Source of the DNA: Promethearchaeota archaeon
GTDB taxonomy: Archaea > Asgardarchaeota > Lokiarchaeia > Sigyniarchaeales > SOKP01
Length of the DNA stretch: 64,000 nucleotides
NCBI GenBank assembly: GCA_048940925.1
Contig: JBHLOC010000001.1
Coordinates: 128,001-192,000 of the forward strand
Reading direction: 5' to 3'
A program made the position numbers and the translations under genes. Positions 1-10,590 of the stretch are shown one piece after another. Positions within the stretch are counted from its first letter, which is position 1; each line of letters opens with the position of its first letter. Below the pieces are notes generated by a model, which worked only from the letters and a program-made list of their open reading frames with translations, was not told the origin of the DNA and did no database searches.

Positions 1-362
1 TCAGAGAAGTGATCTTCTATAAGATAGGCAGAATCAATACCTCTAATATCTGTATTAGGACCTCCATAGATTTCATGACCTGCTTTATCTAAGAAAATGG
101 CAGCCATCCTTTGTCCACATGAAGATATTCCAAGTAATCTTTCTAATTTTCCCCTTTTTAATACTTCTTTAATACCGCTATTAATTTTTTTCCATATACT
201 AGTCATATCAAATGATTTTGCAAATCCATCGATATCTTCATTAATTATTTCATAAGGATGAAATGAAGAGTTTTCTAATTCTAAATTTTCTGTAACCAAT
301 CCTACTTTTATATTGTTGGAAGATATATCAATTGTTAGGATTTTATTATCAGAATTCTCCAT
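1..362 (-). CDS. FGGY-family carbohydrate kinase, N-terminal part (runs off the window)
   Basis: Manual translation from ATG at 362: MENSDNKILTIDISSNNIKVGLV...GISSCGQRMAAIFLDKAG...TDIRG; FGGY_N-like motifs. Confidence 0.75.
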   Translation of the reverse strand, partial: MENSDNKILTIDISSNNIKVGLVTENLELENSSFHPYEIINEDIDGFAKSFDMTSIWKKINSGIKEVLKRGKLERLLGISSCGQRMAAIFLDKAGHEIYGGPNTDIRGIDSAYLIEDHFS

Positions 363-472
363 TTAATAGCTCTTCCTTATCTTCTCTTTACTCTATTTAT
401 CTAAATTAAATGATAAAATATTTTTTTAAAGATTATTAACTTCCTTTTCTTAAGAATAAGATTATGCTATTT

Positions 473-1102
473 TCATAAATATTTCCTAACTACTTCTCCT
501 CTTGGTGTCTTCTCTTCAAATAATATTGCTTGAAAAGAATAAATTCGAGTGTCTTTTTTTCTCCAAGCGTCTGGCGGTAACCAAGCTTTTGAGCATGTAT
601 GTGAAAGAAATGTTTCTACATCCCATTTTCTGTCATGATCAACAGGTACTTGGGGAAGAAGTAAACCTCTTCTCATTCCTCTCTCAGCTATAAGTCCATC
701 TCTCCCAATTACAATTTTATTAAGATACTCATTGGTATTTTCCACTTCAATTAATTTTGGTGGTGTTAATATCGATAATTCAATTACAATATTATCCATT
801 TCTTCTAGTGATACAGAGGGGAATCGAGGATCTTCTATTGCTGAGCTTATGGATACTCTATGTATAACTTCATACAAAGAATATATAGGTTCAATATATC
901 CAATACAACCTCTTAGAGGATTGCCAGTAACATTATTTTTATTTAAAGTGACAAATGCACCATATTTACCTTGAAATTTTTGTTTTATTTCTTCAGGTAT
1001 CGGAATTTTTCTATTGTTTTCAAGAAAGAATTCAATATTTTTTCGAGCAAAATCAATTAATAATTGACCGTCTTCTAAACTAAATTCATCACTTTCAATC
1101 AT
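473..1102 (-). CDS. AMMECR1/AmmeMemoRadiSam protein A family
   Basis: GAFVTL, LRGCIG, DPRF, GRDGL, GLLLPQV motifs. Confidence 0.93.
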   Translation of the reverse strand: MIESDEFSLEDGQLLIDFARKNIEFFLENNRKIPIPEEIKQKFQGKYGAFVTLNKNNVTGNPLRGCIGYIEPIYSLYEVIHRVSISSAIEDPRFPSVSLEEMDNIVIELSILTPPKLIEVENTNEYLNKIVIGRDGLIAERGMRRGLLLPQVPVDHDRKWDVETFLSHTCSKAWLPPDAWRKKDTRIYSFQAILFEEKTPRGEVVRKYL

Positions 1103-1162
1103 AATATAATTCTTATCTTACAGTTTTGTTATATATAATTATTTAGTCTTAGCATATATACT

Positions 1163-2557
1163 TTATAATTTTCTATATATTATTCGTCCATTTGGGTTAA
1201 TATTATCAGAATTAATTTCAATTCCCTTTAAAAATACTTTCCAAATCTGAACTATCGTTTTAAAATTTTCAAATGGAGAGAATTTTGCTCTCGTATTAAA
1301 TTTGTTAGATTTTATTTTATATTCCGATATTTTATCAACAATTAATAAATCTGCATCGTAACCTTTTTTGATAAATCCCTTGTTTTTTAAATTAAAAATT
1401 TTGGCAGGATTCTCAGATGAGGCTTTAACAAAATTCTCTAATGGAAGTTCGAAATTAAATACTTTATCGAGTAATAATAAGGGATATGTCTCAAAACCGG
1501 GGAAACCTGATGGTGCTTTAAGATATTCTACTGATTTTTCTTCTAATGTATGCGGTGAGTGGTCAGTGCCAATCAATTGTATTTTCCCTTCTTTCAACTC
1601 ATTAAATAAAAATTTAGGATGTTCTTCTGTTCTTAAGGGAGGTAATACTTTTCCATAATTATCATTTGTTAAATTAAGGTTATTTGACAATAGTAGATGA
1701 TGGGGGGTGACTTCAAAAGTTATCCTTAAGTTTTCATTTGAATTTAATGCTCTCTGGATATTTAAATAACTTTCTATACAACTTACATGACAAAAATGAA
1801 CAATTGGATATTTTTTTGTATTTAATTTCTTTATATTAATGATGTTCTCATAGTTTTGAATTATAAACGTAATATAATTTTCCTCAGTATGAACTGGATT
1901 TAATTGCTCATGTAATTCTAATATTGGTTGTTTTTGAGTTTTGAATTTTTCAAGAATATGCTCTCTTTCAGTAATAGAGAGAGGAAATGCAGCATGAATA
2001 AATATAGGGATTTGGTATTTAGAAGAAATTAAGAGGATTTTTTGAATATTAGCATTATCATTCCAATCAATGTCATTTAAAGGACTAAGGGGATAAATCT
2101 TAAATCCTATAACACCTAAATTAATAATTTTTTCGATTTCAGCTTCATCTATGTCTTTAGGGACTCCTGCTATAAATCCAACATCTATATAAATATTTTT
2201 TTTTGCTTTTATAATCCATAATTTTACTTGTTCTTCAGTAATAGCAGGTGGTTTGGTGTTTGGCATATTGAATACTGTTGTTATTCCTGAATTTGCTGCT
2301 GCCAATGTTCCAGTTAAAAATGTTTCTTTTTCTTTTTGGTCCATATCTCTCAAATGAGAATGAATATCAATTATACCTGGTAAGACTAATTTATTTAGAC
2401 AATCAATCTCTTTACCATCTTGGTTTTTTTTAACTAACTCTTTAAATTCTTGTGCGTTAGGCATAAATTTGATTTGATTTATAATACCATCATTGATGAG
2501 AATAGCTCCAATATGAATTAAACCCTTAGAATAAACTCTCGCATTTTTTAAAATCAT
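1163..2557 (-). CDS. pyrC: Dihydroorotase (amidohydrolase family)
   Basis: PGIIDIHSHLRD, MPNTKP, EVTPHHL, PPLR, GTDHSPH. Confidence 0.88.
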   Translation of the reverse strand: MILKNARVYSKGLIHIGAILINDGIINQIKFMPNAQEFKELVKKNQDGKEIDCLNKLVLPGIIDIHSHLRDMDQKEKETFLTGTLAAANSGITTVFNMPNTKPPAITEEQVKLWIIKAKKNIYIDVGFIAGVPKDIDEAEIEKIINLGVIGFKIYPLSPLNDIDWNDNANIQKILLISSKYQIPIFIHAAFPLSITEREHILEKFKTQKQPILELHEQLNPVHTEENYITFIIQNYENIINIKKLNTKKYPIVHFCHVSCIESYLNIQRALNSNENLRITFEVTPHHLLLSNNLNLTNDNYGKVLPPLRTEEHPKFLFNELKEGKIQLIGTDHSPHTLEEKSVEYLKAPSGFPGFETYPLLLLDKVFNFELPLENFVKASSENPAKIFNLKNKGFIKKGYDADLLIVDKISEYKIKSNKFNTRAKFSPFENFKTIVQIWKVFLKGIEINSDNINPNGRIIYRKL

Positions 2558-2566
2558 AGCTATGTT

Positions 2567-3229
2567 TTAATATTTTAGATTTGTTTGTTGGTCCTTATGA
2601 AAATTTAAATACAGAATTATGTTTTCTATTCTTTTCACTTTTGGAATGGATAATCTCCTTATATTTTTTAAGGTTGTGAATAATTCTAAAAATTCTGTAT
2701 TTTCATTTAAAAAATTATAAGTCGAAATTATATAAAAATCATTATCCAAAATGGCGAAGAAGTCCTTATCTAAAGAAATGATATCTAGTTTTTTATTGTT
2801 TTTTTTAAAATTATCTAAAAGAAGATAATACGTTCCCATATTATTGGAAAAAAAAGAATTCATAAACATGATATCATCAGAATATTTTTTTATATATATT
2901 CCAGGAGTTGACTTTTCCCATCTTTCATATTCTGGAGAGTTGATCTGTTTAGCTTTATTTAAGGCCTTACCTAAAAGTAATGCTTGAGATCTTTCATCAG
3001 GACCTAAATATCTTAATTCCTTTCCTTTAAATTTAATTATAATATGTTCTCTTTCAAAATATAAATATAGATTATTATCTTTTCTGATAGAATAAGATAA
3101 ACAGAAGGCTTCTCTAATACATGAACATAATTCGTAAATTAAAATAGGAATAGTTCCTTTATCAATTTCCTTTTTACTAAAGTAGGTAATCTTTTTTATT
3201 AGAAGGAGAAAATTAACCAATTTAATCAA
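2567..3229 (-). CDS. Divergent TrmY-like SPOUT protein (tRNA pseudouridine-54 methyltransferase-like)
   Basis: CIREAFCLSYSIRKD and LRYLGPDERS resemble TrmY/DUF358 motifs; C-terminal half divergent. Confidence 0.55.
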   Translation of the reverse strand: MIKLVNFLLLIKKITYFSKKEIDKGTIPILIYELCSCIREAFCLSYSIRKDNNLYLYFEREHIIIKFKGKELRYLGPDERSQALLLGKALNKAKQINSPEYERWEKSTPGIYIKKYSDDIMFMNSFFSNNMGTYYLLLDNFKKNNKKLDIISLDKDFFAILDNDFYIISTYNFLNENTEFLELFTTLKNIRRLSIPKVKRIENIILYLNFHKDQQTNLKY

Positions 3230-3251
3230 ATAATAGTTTCTAATTATTATT

Positions 3252-4625
3252 CTAAAATTTCCCCAATTTTTTCATAAAGTTTGCTGCCGCTTTTCCCCCA
3301 GGGAATCCCGGCAATCCTGGGACTATTTTCCCTTTTTTCTGCATTTGAAGGAATCTTCGCATAAATTTTTTCATTTGTGAATATTGTTCAAGCATCCGAT
3401 TAATTACTGCATATTCTGTCCCACTTCCAATAGCAATTCTTCTTTTTCGTGTTTTTTTAATGATTTTGGGGTTGATCTTCTCATCATGTGTCATCGAGTC
3501 TAGCACTATTCGCCATTTTTCTAGATTTCTCTCAGCATCTTCCTTTAAAACATCAGGGATATTACCACCCCCCATCATAGATAAAATCTGTTCGAATTTA
3601 CCAACTTTCTTTATGTTCTTAAGTTGTACATATAAATCTTCGAGAGTAAATTTCCCCATTATCATCCTTCTGACAGTTTCATCATCTGGAACGAGTTCTG
3701 CTTCTTGTACTTTTTGAACTAAACTTTCTATATCAGGTATACCAAGTAAAGTGCCTACAAATTTAGAGGATTCAAATTCTTCGAAATTTTCTATTTTTTC
3801 TCCTGTCCCTATAAAACGGATACCCACATTTGCTGCTGCGCAAGCCGATAAGGCACCACCACCTTTTGCAGTTCCATCTAATTTAGTGACGATGATTGAA
3901 CCTAAATTAGTAGTCTGAGCAAAAGCTTCTGCTTGTTTAAATGCTTGTTGACCTAAAGTGCCATCTATTACTAAAATGATTTCATTAGGTTTTAATTTTT
4001 CTTCAAGAATTGACATTTCTTTCATTAATTCTTTTTCTTCTTTATGTCTACCTGCAGTATCTGCGATAATTAGGTCATTTCCATCGTTTATTGCTCTTTT
4101 TGTTTCTTGAATAGCTATTTTAATAGCATTTTTTTCATTAGGATTACCATAACACTTTATTCCCACTTGCTCTGATAATTGAACAAGCTGTTCATAAGCT
4201 CCAGGACGCCAAGTATCAGTAGTTAGAGTAGCAACATTAAATCCTTTACTTCTATAAAATTTAGCTAATTTCGCAACTGTAGTTGTCTTACCTGAACCTT
4301 GAATGCCTACAAGTAGAATTACGTTCTTCTTACCTGGTTTAATACGTATAGGAGCTGGCTTCCCTCCTAAAAGTTTGATTAATTCATCATGTACTAATTT
4401 TATTACAAAATCTTTCCTTCTTGCTTTTTGAAGTTTTGTATTTGTGGCATCCTTTCTAATATTTTCTGTCATCTGGAAAACTAATTCCACTTTCACATCC
4501 GAACTAAGTAAACTTCGTTGTAAATCCTGAATAAGTACATTTATTGCATCCTTATCTACAATTGGAAGGCGTCTAATTTTTCGAATTGCATTATCCAAAG
4601 ATCTACCAAGTTGTGATAAAACCAT
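3252..4625 (-). CDS. srp54: Signal recognition particle protein SRP54
   Basis: GIQGSGKTTT, DTAGRH, TKLDGTAKGGG, M-domain RIAIGSGT. Confidence 0.97.
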   Translation of the reverse strand: MVLSQLGRSLDNAIRKIRRLPIVDKDAINVLIQDLQRSLLSSDVKVELVFQMTENIRKDATNTKLQKARRKDFVIKLVHDELIKLLGGKPAPIRIKPGKKNVILLVGIQGSGKTTTVAKLAKFYRSKGFNVATLTTDTWRPGAYEQLVQLSEQVGIKCYGNPNEKNAIKIAIQETKRAINDGNDLIIADTAGRHKEEKELMKEMSILEEKLKPNEIILVIDGTLGQQAFKQAEAFAQTTNLGSIIVTKLDGTAKGGGALSACAAANVGIRFIGTGEKIENFEEFESSKFVGTLLGIPDIESLVQKVQEAELVPDDETVRRMIMGKFTLEDLYVQLKNIKKVGKFEQILSMMGGGNIPDVLKEDAERNLEKWRIVLDSMTHDEKINPKIIKKTRKRRIAIGSGTEYAVINRMLEQYSQMKKFMRRFLQMQKKGKIVPGLPGFPGGKAAANFMKKLGKF

Positions 4626-4777
4626 TAAATTCCAGCTTAAGATGTAGTTAAAATATTTGAGATTATACTCAAAAACTAAAATTTTTTTTTAAATAAATAT
4701 ATTATATAATAAATTAAAAGAAATGTCAAAATTAAAAATATTTGGATAAAAATTGATAAACTAAGGTGGAAAAATAG

Positions 4778-5206
4778 GTGTCTATAAGAAGAACAGAGAT
4801 ACAAAAGTTGAAATCAGGGCAATATATTATGGTTGATGAAGAACCCTGCATTATTAAAAGTACTGAGCGTTCTAAGAGTGGAAAACATGGTCATGCGAAA
4901 GTAAGAGTTGTTTGTGTTGGTATGTTTGATAATAATAAAAGATCATTAACATTTCCTAGTGGTTCGATGGTAGAAATACCTGAAATTATCAAAGGAAATG
5001 CTCAAATTAATTTTATAGAAGATGCTTCGATCAATATAATGGATCTAGAATCTTATGAATCAATTGATGTTGATTGGCCCGCTGATGAGACACTAATGAG
5101 GAAATTAAAAGATCTTCAAACAAATCCTGATAAAATTTCAGCTACTCAAGTAGAATATTGGCAATTAGCTGGTAAAACACTTATTAATAGAGTTTTTACA
5201 AATTAG
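4778..5206 (+). CDS. eif5a: Translation factor aIF5A/eIF5A
   Basis: Hypusine loop SKSGKHGHAK. Confidence 0.96.
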   Translation: MSIRRTEIQKLKSGQYIMVDEEPCIIKSTERSKSGKHGHAKVRVVCVGMFDNNKRSLTFPSGSMVEIPEIIKGNAQINFIEDASINIMDLESYESIDVDWPADETLMRKLKDLQTNPDKISATQVEYWQLAGKTLINRVFTN

Positions 5207-5326
5207 GCACATATAAATTATATTACGGTTTCATAAGTCATTAAATTTATTTTTTAAACAATTATTTATTTTTGTTATAACTAATATTTAATTAGTTAGG
5301 ATCTTATTAAAGAATGGCATAAAACC

Positions 5327-6223
5327 ATGGAAAAAAAACCTATTGCTATAGCTTGCAGATTAGATTCTGAAAGAGCAATTAAAGTAGCAAAGAGAATATT
5401 TGAATTTTTAATTCAAAAAGGGGAAGTAGTTTATTTAGAAACGAGAATCGCTCCTAAAATATTCCCCCATAATGCTATGGATTTAGCAGAAATGACCACG
5501 GAGAATATTAAATTTATTGTTATAATAGGTGGTGATGGATCAATATTAAGAGTTGCAAGTGGCTTATCTCAAAAAGACCCACCGCCTATTTTGGGAGTTA
5601 ATGTTGGTTCGATAGGTTTTTTAGACGAATCTAATGAAAGAACTATATTTAGAGATTTAAAAGCCGCTTTAAATGGTGAATATGAGTGTGAAATATGCTC
5701 GAAAATTACAGCTTATATCCTAAAAAACTCTGAAGAAGTAAAACTTAGTAATGCATTGAATGAAGTATTAATTGTATCCTCTAAAAGCTCTAAGGTTTTG
5801 CAAGTCTCAATTATAATTAACGGTACCTTTTTAAATCGATCCTATTTAGATGGGATCATAATTTCTACTTCTACTGGCTCCACAGCCTATAATTTAAGTG
5901 CCGGAGGAGCAATAGTCAATCCAAATTTAGATATAATGCAAATAACTCCTTTAAATAGTTTTGCTAGATCCGGATTAAAACCAATAATAGTCCCAATAGA
6001 CTCTGAAATAGAGATCCAGCTTTTAAGACCACGTTTAAATGCTAAAATTGTCATAGATGGTCAAAGGACTTTTAAAAAAATTCCTCCTAATACTAAAATT
6101 AAAATCCGTAAATCAAACTCTCAAACAAAATTCATTCGATTTAATAGAAGTTATTATTCTCGTTTGAGGAAGAAAATTATAGGAACCTTGAGAGTACCTC
6201 TTGATGATTCACCTGAAGAATGA
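5327..6223 (+). CDS. nadK: NAD kinase
   Basis: GGDG, NE, DGIIISTSTGSTAYNLSAGG motifs. Confidence 0.95.
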   Translation: MEKKPIAIACRLDSERAIKVAKRIFEFLIQKGEVVYLETRIAPKIFPHNAMDLAEMTTENIKFIVIIGGDGSILRVASGLSQKDPPPILGVNVGSIGFLDESNERTIFRDLKAALNGEYECEICSKITAYILKNSEEVKLSNALNEVLIVSSKSSKVLQVSIIINGTFLNRSYLDGIIISTSTGSTAYNLSAGGAIVNPNLDIMQITPLNSFARSGLKPIIVPIDSEIEIQLLRPRLNAKIVIDGQRTFKKIPPNTKIKIRKSNSQTKFIRFNRSYYSRLRKKIIGTLRVPLDDSPEE

Positions 6224-6227
6224 TAAT

Positions 6228-6773
6228 ATGAAAGATGAATATTTAATAGCTGTTTTTGATACAAACATATTCCTTACGGGAATTGATTTTAATATATTCA
6301 AAAACATAATATATACTACTCCAAGTGTAATTGAAGAAGTAGAAGCTAGTAAATACATGGAAAAAAATAGAAGTATCTTAAATAGGATTTATGCTGCAAT
6401 TGAAAGTAAAAAATTACGTATAAAAACTCCTGATCTTAAATTTGTGCAAGATGTAAATAAAAAATCCAAAATAACAGGTGATTTAAATGCATTATCTAAA
6501 GTTGATAAAGAACTAATAGCCTTAACATTGGAGTTAATTGAGAATTATCCTCAACAAGTTAAGCTTTATACTAATGATTATTCAATTGAGAATGTATGTT
6601 CTGGATTTGAAATACCCTTTTCATCATTATATAAAGAAGGTATTGAGAAAAAGATAATATGGGAAGTTTTTTGTCCGAATTGTAGAACCATTTACAAAGC
6701 TGAAGATTTTAAAAAAGTTTGTGAAAATTGTGGTCTTAAACTAAAAAGACGTCCAAAAAATAAAATCATGTAA
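6228..6773 (+). CDS. nob1: Nob1 rRNA-processing endonuclease (PIN + Zn ribbon)
   Basis: VFDTN, LSKVD, TNDYSIEN, CPNC...CENCG; start placed at ATG 6228 after the nadK stop. Confidence 0.9.
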   Translation: MKDEYLIAVFDTNIFLTGIDFNIFKNIIYTTPSVIEEVEASKYMEKNRSILNRIYAAIESKKLRIKTPDLKFVQDVNKKSKITGDLNALSKVDKELIALTLELIENYPQQVKLYTNDYSIENVCSGFEIPFSSLYKEGIEKKIIWEVFCPNCRTIYKAEDFKKVCENCGLKLKRRPKNKIM

Positions 6774-6842
6774 TAGTGGAAGTTATATAAGTTGTATGAT
6801 ATAATATAATGGCTAAAGCAAAAAAAGGATATGTAAGAGAAA

Positions 6843-7898
6843 ATGGGTGTAAAAATCGGAGAACTAGTAAAGGAAGTTAAAAGAACCATCACATTTGAAA
6901 ATCTTTTTAAAAAAAATATAGCAATTGATGCATTTAATACGATTTATCAATTTTTAGCAATAATTCGCCAAAGAGATGGTACTCCATTGAAGGATTATCA
7001 AGGAAATATAACTTCTCACCTATCTGGTTTGTTCTATAGGAATATAAACTTCTTGGAGCATCACATTAAACCTATTTATGTATTTGATGGTGAACCTTCA
7101 GAATTAAAACTAGAAACAATAAGAGAACGGAAAAAAATTAAAGAAGATGCTACTAAAAAAATGATTGAAGCTCAAGATGCTGAAGATTTTGCCCAAGCTA
7201 AAAAATTTGCCCAATTTACTTCAAAATTAGATGCTGGAATGATTGAAGAGAGTAAGAAATTGATAAAACATATGGGAATTCCAATAGTACAAGCAAGCTC
7301 TGAAGGAGAAGCTCAGGCAGCTTACATGGTTGATCGAGGGGATGCTTGGGCATGTGCTTCTCAAGATTATGATACTTTATTATTTGGTGGTAAACGTTTA
7401 GTTCGTAATTTTGCCATTAGCAGGAGTAAAAAAGTAAAAGAAACTACTGTTACTTTAGATATTGAATATGTCTCGTTAGCCAAATTTCTGAAAAACCTTG
7501 ATATCACTCGAGAACAATTAATAGAGATGGGAGTGTTAATAGGTACAGATTTCTTCTCTGGTGTTAAAGGTATTGGTCAAAAAATAGCTTTAGATCTAAT
7601 AAAGAAACATGGCTCTATAGAAAATATTATGAAGAGTGAGGTTAAAGTTGGAGGGAAGGTGATTTCTTTAGATTTGGAGATAGTTGAAAGTATTAAAAAT
7701 ATCTTTCTACATCCTGATATTAGTAAGGATTATCATATAACAAAATCTAAAGGAATTGACTTAGAAAAAATAGAAGAATTATTAATAGAACAACACAATT
7801 TCTCAAAGCAGAGGGTAGAAAATGCTTTAGAAAGATTGAGGAAATTAAAAGATAGTAAAGTTCAAGTTTCATTGGATAATTATTTCAAAAGAAATTGA
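6843..7898 (+). CDS. fen: Flap endonuclease 1
   Basis: MGV start, YQFLAIIRQRDG, EGEAQAA, SQDYD, GTDF, C-terminal PIP box QVSLDNYF. Confidence 0.97.
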   Translation: MGVKIGELVKEVKRTITFENLFKKNIAIDAFNTIYQFLAIIRQRDGTPLKDYQGNITSHLSGLFYRNINFLEHHIKPIYVFDGEPSELKLETIRERKKIKEDATKKMIEAQDAEDFAQAKKFAQFTSKLDAGMIEESKKLIKHMGIPIVQASSEGEAQAAYMVDRGDAWACASQDYDTLLFGGKRLVRNFAISRSKKVKETTVTLDIEYVSLAKFLKNLDITREQLIEMGVLIGTDFFSGVKGIGQKIALDLIKKHGSIENIMKSEVKVGGKVISLDLEIVESIKNIFLHPDISKDYHITKSKGIDLEKIEELLIEQHNFSKQRVENALERLRKLKDSKVQVSLDNYFKRN

Positions 7899-7987
7899 AC
7901 TAGTATTAAAGAAAAAAAGCAAAAATTTTTACAAAATTAATTTTTTTAAATATTAAATAATGATAATTTGCAAATTACAGAATTAAT

Positions 7988-10231
7988 ATGTCAGTGAAGG
8001 ACAATAAAGATAAAGATTTTGATGATCAAGGCGACACTAATATCTCTAATGTAACCCTACGTGTTCAAAAAGCGAAGAAAAGAGATATTGGGCGAAATAT
8101 TATTCGAATTGATCCAAATACTATGGAAAAGTTAAATATTCAAACTGGTGACGTTATTGAAGTTATCGGTAAGAAACAAAGTGCTGGAATCGCTTGGCCA
8201 AGTTATCCTCAAGATAACGGTTTAGGGATAGTACGTGTAGATTCCAGATTGCAAAAAAATACTGGAACGCGGATTGATGATACCCTTGAAATTCGTAAAG
8301 TTAAAGCAGAAGTAGCTCAGAATGTTGTTCTCGCACCATCAAGTGTAAAAATACGAAATAATCCAAGATTTGAAAGTTTTGTTAAAAGAAAACTAAATAA
8401 TTATCCTATTACTGTTGATGATTATATTTTTATTTCTATAGGTATCAGTAGAGAAATTACTTTCAAAGTTATTAATGTGAGACCTAATGGAGTTTGTATT
8501 ATAAAACAAGAGACTGTGCTTAATATTAGTGATAAGGTTACTGAGGATATCGAAACAGGAGCAGATTATATAACTTATGAAGATGTTGGAGGATTAGATA
8601 GAGAAATTCAAAGAGTGAGGGAGATGGTCGAATTACCATTACGTCATCCATCTTTATTTAAACGTTTAGGTATTGATCCTCCAAAAGGTGTTCTATTAAG
8701 AGGGCCTCCTGGTTGTGGAAAAACATTATTGGCAAGAGCTGTAGCAAATGAAAGTGAAGCTCATTTTATTTCGATTAATGGGCCAGAAGTTATGAGTAAA
8801 TTTTATGGAGAATCCGAAAAAAAATTACGTAAGCTTTTTGTGGAGGCAGATGAAAAAAGCCCATCAATTATTTTCATAGATGAAATAGATGCAATTGCAC
8901 CAAAGAGAGAAACTGTTACAGGAGAAGTCGAACGTAGAGTTGTAGCTCAATTGTTAGCATTAATGGATGGGTTACATGGGAGAGGAAAAGTTATTGTTAT
9001 TGGTGCTACCAATCGACCAAACAGTTTAGATCCCGCTTTAAGAAGGCCTGGAAGGTTTGATCGTGAAATTGAGATAAAGGTTCCAAATGAGAAAGGAAGA
9101 TTAGAAATTTTTCAGATACATACTCGAAATATGCCACTTGATAAAAAAATATCCTTAAAGGAATACGCACAAATAACTCATGGATTTGTAGGAGCTGATA
9201 TTTCTGCTGTATGCCGAGAAGCTGCAATGTCTGCATTACGAAGATATTTGCCTAAAATAGATTTAGAGTCAGAAATTATTGATCCAGAATTACTTGAGCA
9301 AATTGAAGTGAATAAAAACGATTTTAACGAAGCATTAAAAGAAGTTTTACCTTCTGGAATAAGAGAAGTGTTTGTAGAAGTACCAAATGTGAAATGGGAT
9401 CAAGTAGGGGGATTAGATGAATTAAAACAGAAATTGATCGAAGCGGTAGAATGGCCATTATCTCATCCAACAATATTTAGTCGAATGGGAATAAGCCCTC
9501 CCAAAGGAATTTTGCTTTATGGACCTCCAGGATGCGGTAAAACTTTATTAGCAAGAGCAGTAGCAACTGAAAGTAAAGCTAATTTTATTTCAATAAAAGG
9601 ACCAGAACTTCTATCAAAGTGGGTAGGAGAAAGTGAAAAGGCAATAAGAGAAGTATTTCGTAAAGCCAAAATGGCAGCTCCTTGTATCATCTTTTTTGAT
9701 GAATTTGATTCAATAGCTCCAAGCAGAGGTCGTCATACTACAGATTCTGGAGTATCTGAAAAAGTACTTTCTCAATTCTTAACAGAGTTGGATGGATTAG
9801 AAATAAACAAGGATATTGTAGTAATTGCTGCAACAAATCGTCCCGATATTTTGGATCCAGCTTTAATACGACCCGGGAGGATTGATAGAATATTATTAGT
9901 TCCATCTCCCGATGAAAAAGGAAGATTAGAGATATTAAAAATATTTACAAAAAATATGCCTTTAGCTAATAATCTAAAATTAGAATCGTTGAAGGAGTTA
10001 ATAGAGGGCTTTTCTGGAGCAGATATTGAAACGCTATGTCGTGAAGCTGCTATGATTGCATTACGAGAGAATATTAGAGCTAGAAAAGTATCATTGGATC
10101 ACTTTAAAGAAGCTAGAGAACTAGTGTATCCTACTTTAAGCACAGAAATAATTAATTGGTATGAAAAATTTGGTGAAAAACTTAAAATTAGGAGAATAGA
10201 AGAATCAAAGGAAGATAGGTTGTTTGTATGA
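7988..10231 (+). CDS. cdc48: Cdc48/VCP AAA+ ATPase
   Basis: N-domain plus two AAA modules with GPPGCGKT. Confidence 0.97.
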   Translation: MSVKDNKDKDFDDQGDTNISNVTLRVQKAKKRDIGRNIIRIDPNTMEKLNIQTGDVIEVIGKKQSAGIAWPSYPQDNGLGIVRVDSRLQKNTGTRIDDTLEIRKVKAEVAQNVVLAPSSVKIRNNPRFESFVKRKLNNYPITVDDYIFISIGISREITFKVINVRPNGVCIIKQETVLNISDKVTEDIETGADYITYEDVGGLDREIQRVREMVELPLRHPSLFKRLGIDPPKGVLLRGPPGCGKTLLARAVANESEAHFISINGPEVMSKFYGESEKKLRKLFVEADEKSPSIIFIDEIDAIAPKRETVTGEVERRVVAQLLALMDGLHGRGKVIVIGATNRPNSLDPALRRPGRFDREIEIKVPNEKGRLEIFQIHTRNMPLDKKISLKEYAQITHGFVGADISAVCREAAMSALRRYLPKIDLESEIIDPELLEQIEVNKNDFNEALKEVLPSGIREVFVEVPNVKWDQVGGLDELKQKLIEAVEWPLSHPTIFSRMGISPPKGILLYGPPGCGKTLLARAVATESKANFISIKGPELLSKWVGESEKAIREVFRKAKMAAPCIIFFDEFDSIAPSRGRHTTDSGVSEKVLSQFLTELDGLEINKDIVVIAATNRPDILDPALIRPGRIDRILLVPSPDEKGRLEILKIFTKNMPLANNLKLESLKELIEGFSGADIETLCREAAMIALRENIRARKVSLDHFKEARELVYPTLSTEIINWYEKFGEKLKIRRIEESKEDRLFV

Positions 10232-10317
10232 AATCCAAAAGATTATTTAGAAATTAAAAATTTTATAGTTTAGTTAATCATTCTCTAATCCTTAATTGTC
10301 ATATTTGGTGAAGAAAT

Positions 10318-10590
10318 ATAGAATCCCATCGCTGGAATAAAAAACCCATAGTTAATTCAATAATCGATATACTTATTAAAAATAAGGGAGAAATTCTGGA
10401 TAAAAGACTTGAAGAACTATTAAAAAAGGAATTTCCTTTTGTTAACTCCTTGATTTTAGAAGAGATATTTATGAAATTAGAGAGTATGAATATTATTAAC
10501 GTTTTTCGAGTCTCAAAAAATAAGAATATGGTTGTTCTAAAAAAAAATAACCAATCCATCAGAAATGATGTGATAACTGATCTAACTTAA
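10318..10590 (+). CDS. Small winged-helix-like protein downstream of cdc48 (90 aa, apparent ATA start; absent from ORF track)
   Basis: Open frame IESHRWNKKPIVNSIIDILIKNKGEILD...LESMNIINVFRVSKNKNMVVL; GGTGA SD-like motif just upstream of ATA 10318; in-frame TGA three codons upstream. Confidence 0.7.
   Translation: MESHRWNKKPIVNSIIDILIKNKGEILDKRLEELLKKEFPFVNSLILEEIFMKLESMNIINVFRVSKNKNMVVLKKNNQSIRNDVITDLT

Noticed and set aside
10299-10559. 86-aa minus-strand ORF
   Set aside because: Shadow of the more plausible plus-strand frame 10318..10590, which has an SD motif and wHTH-like sequence
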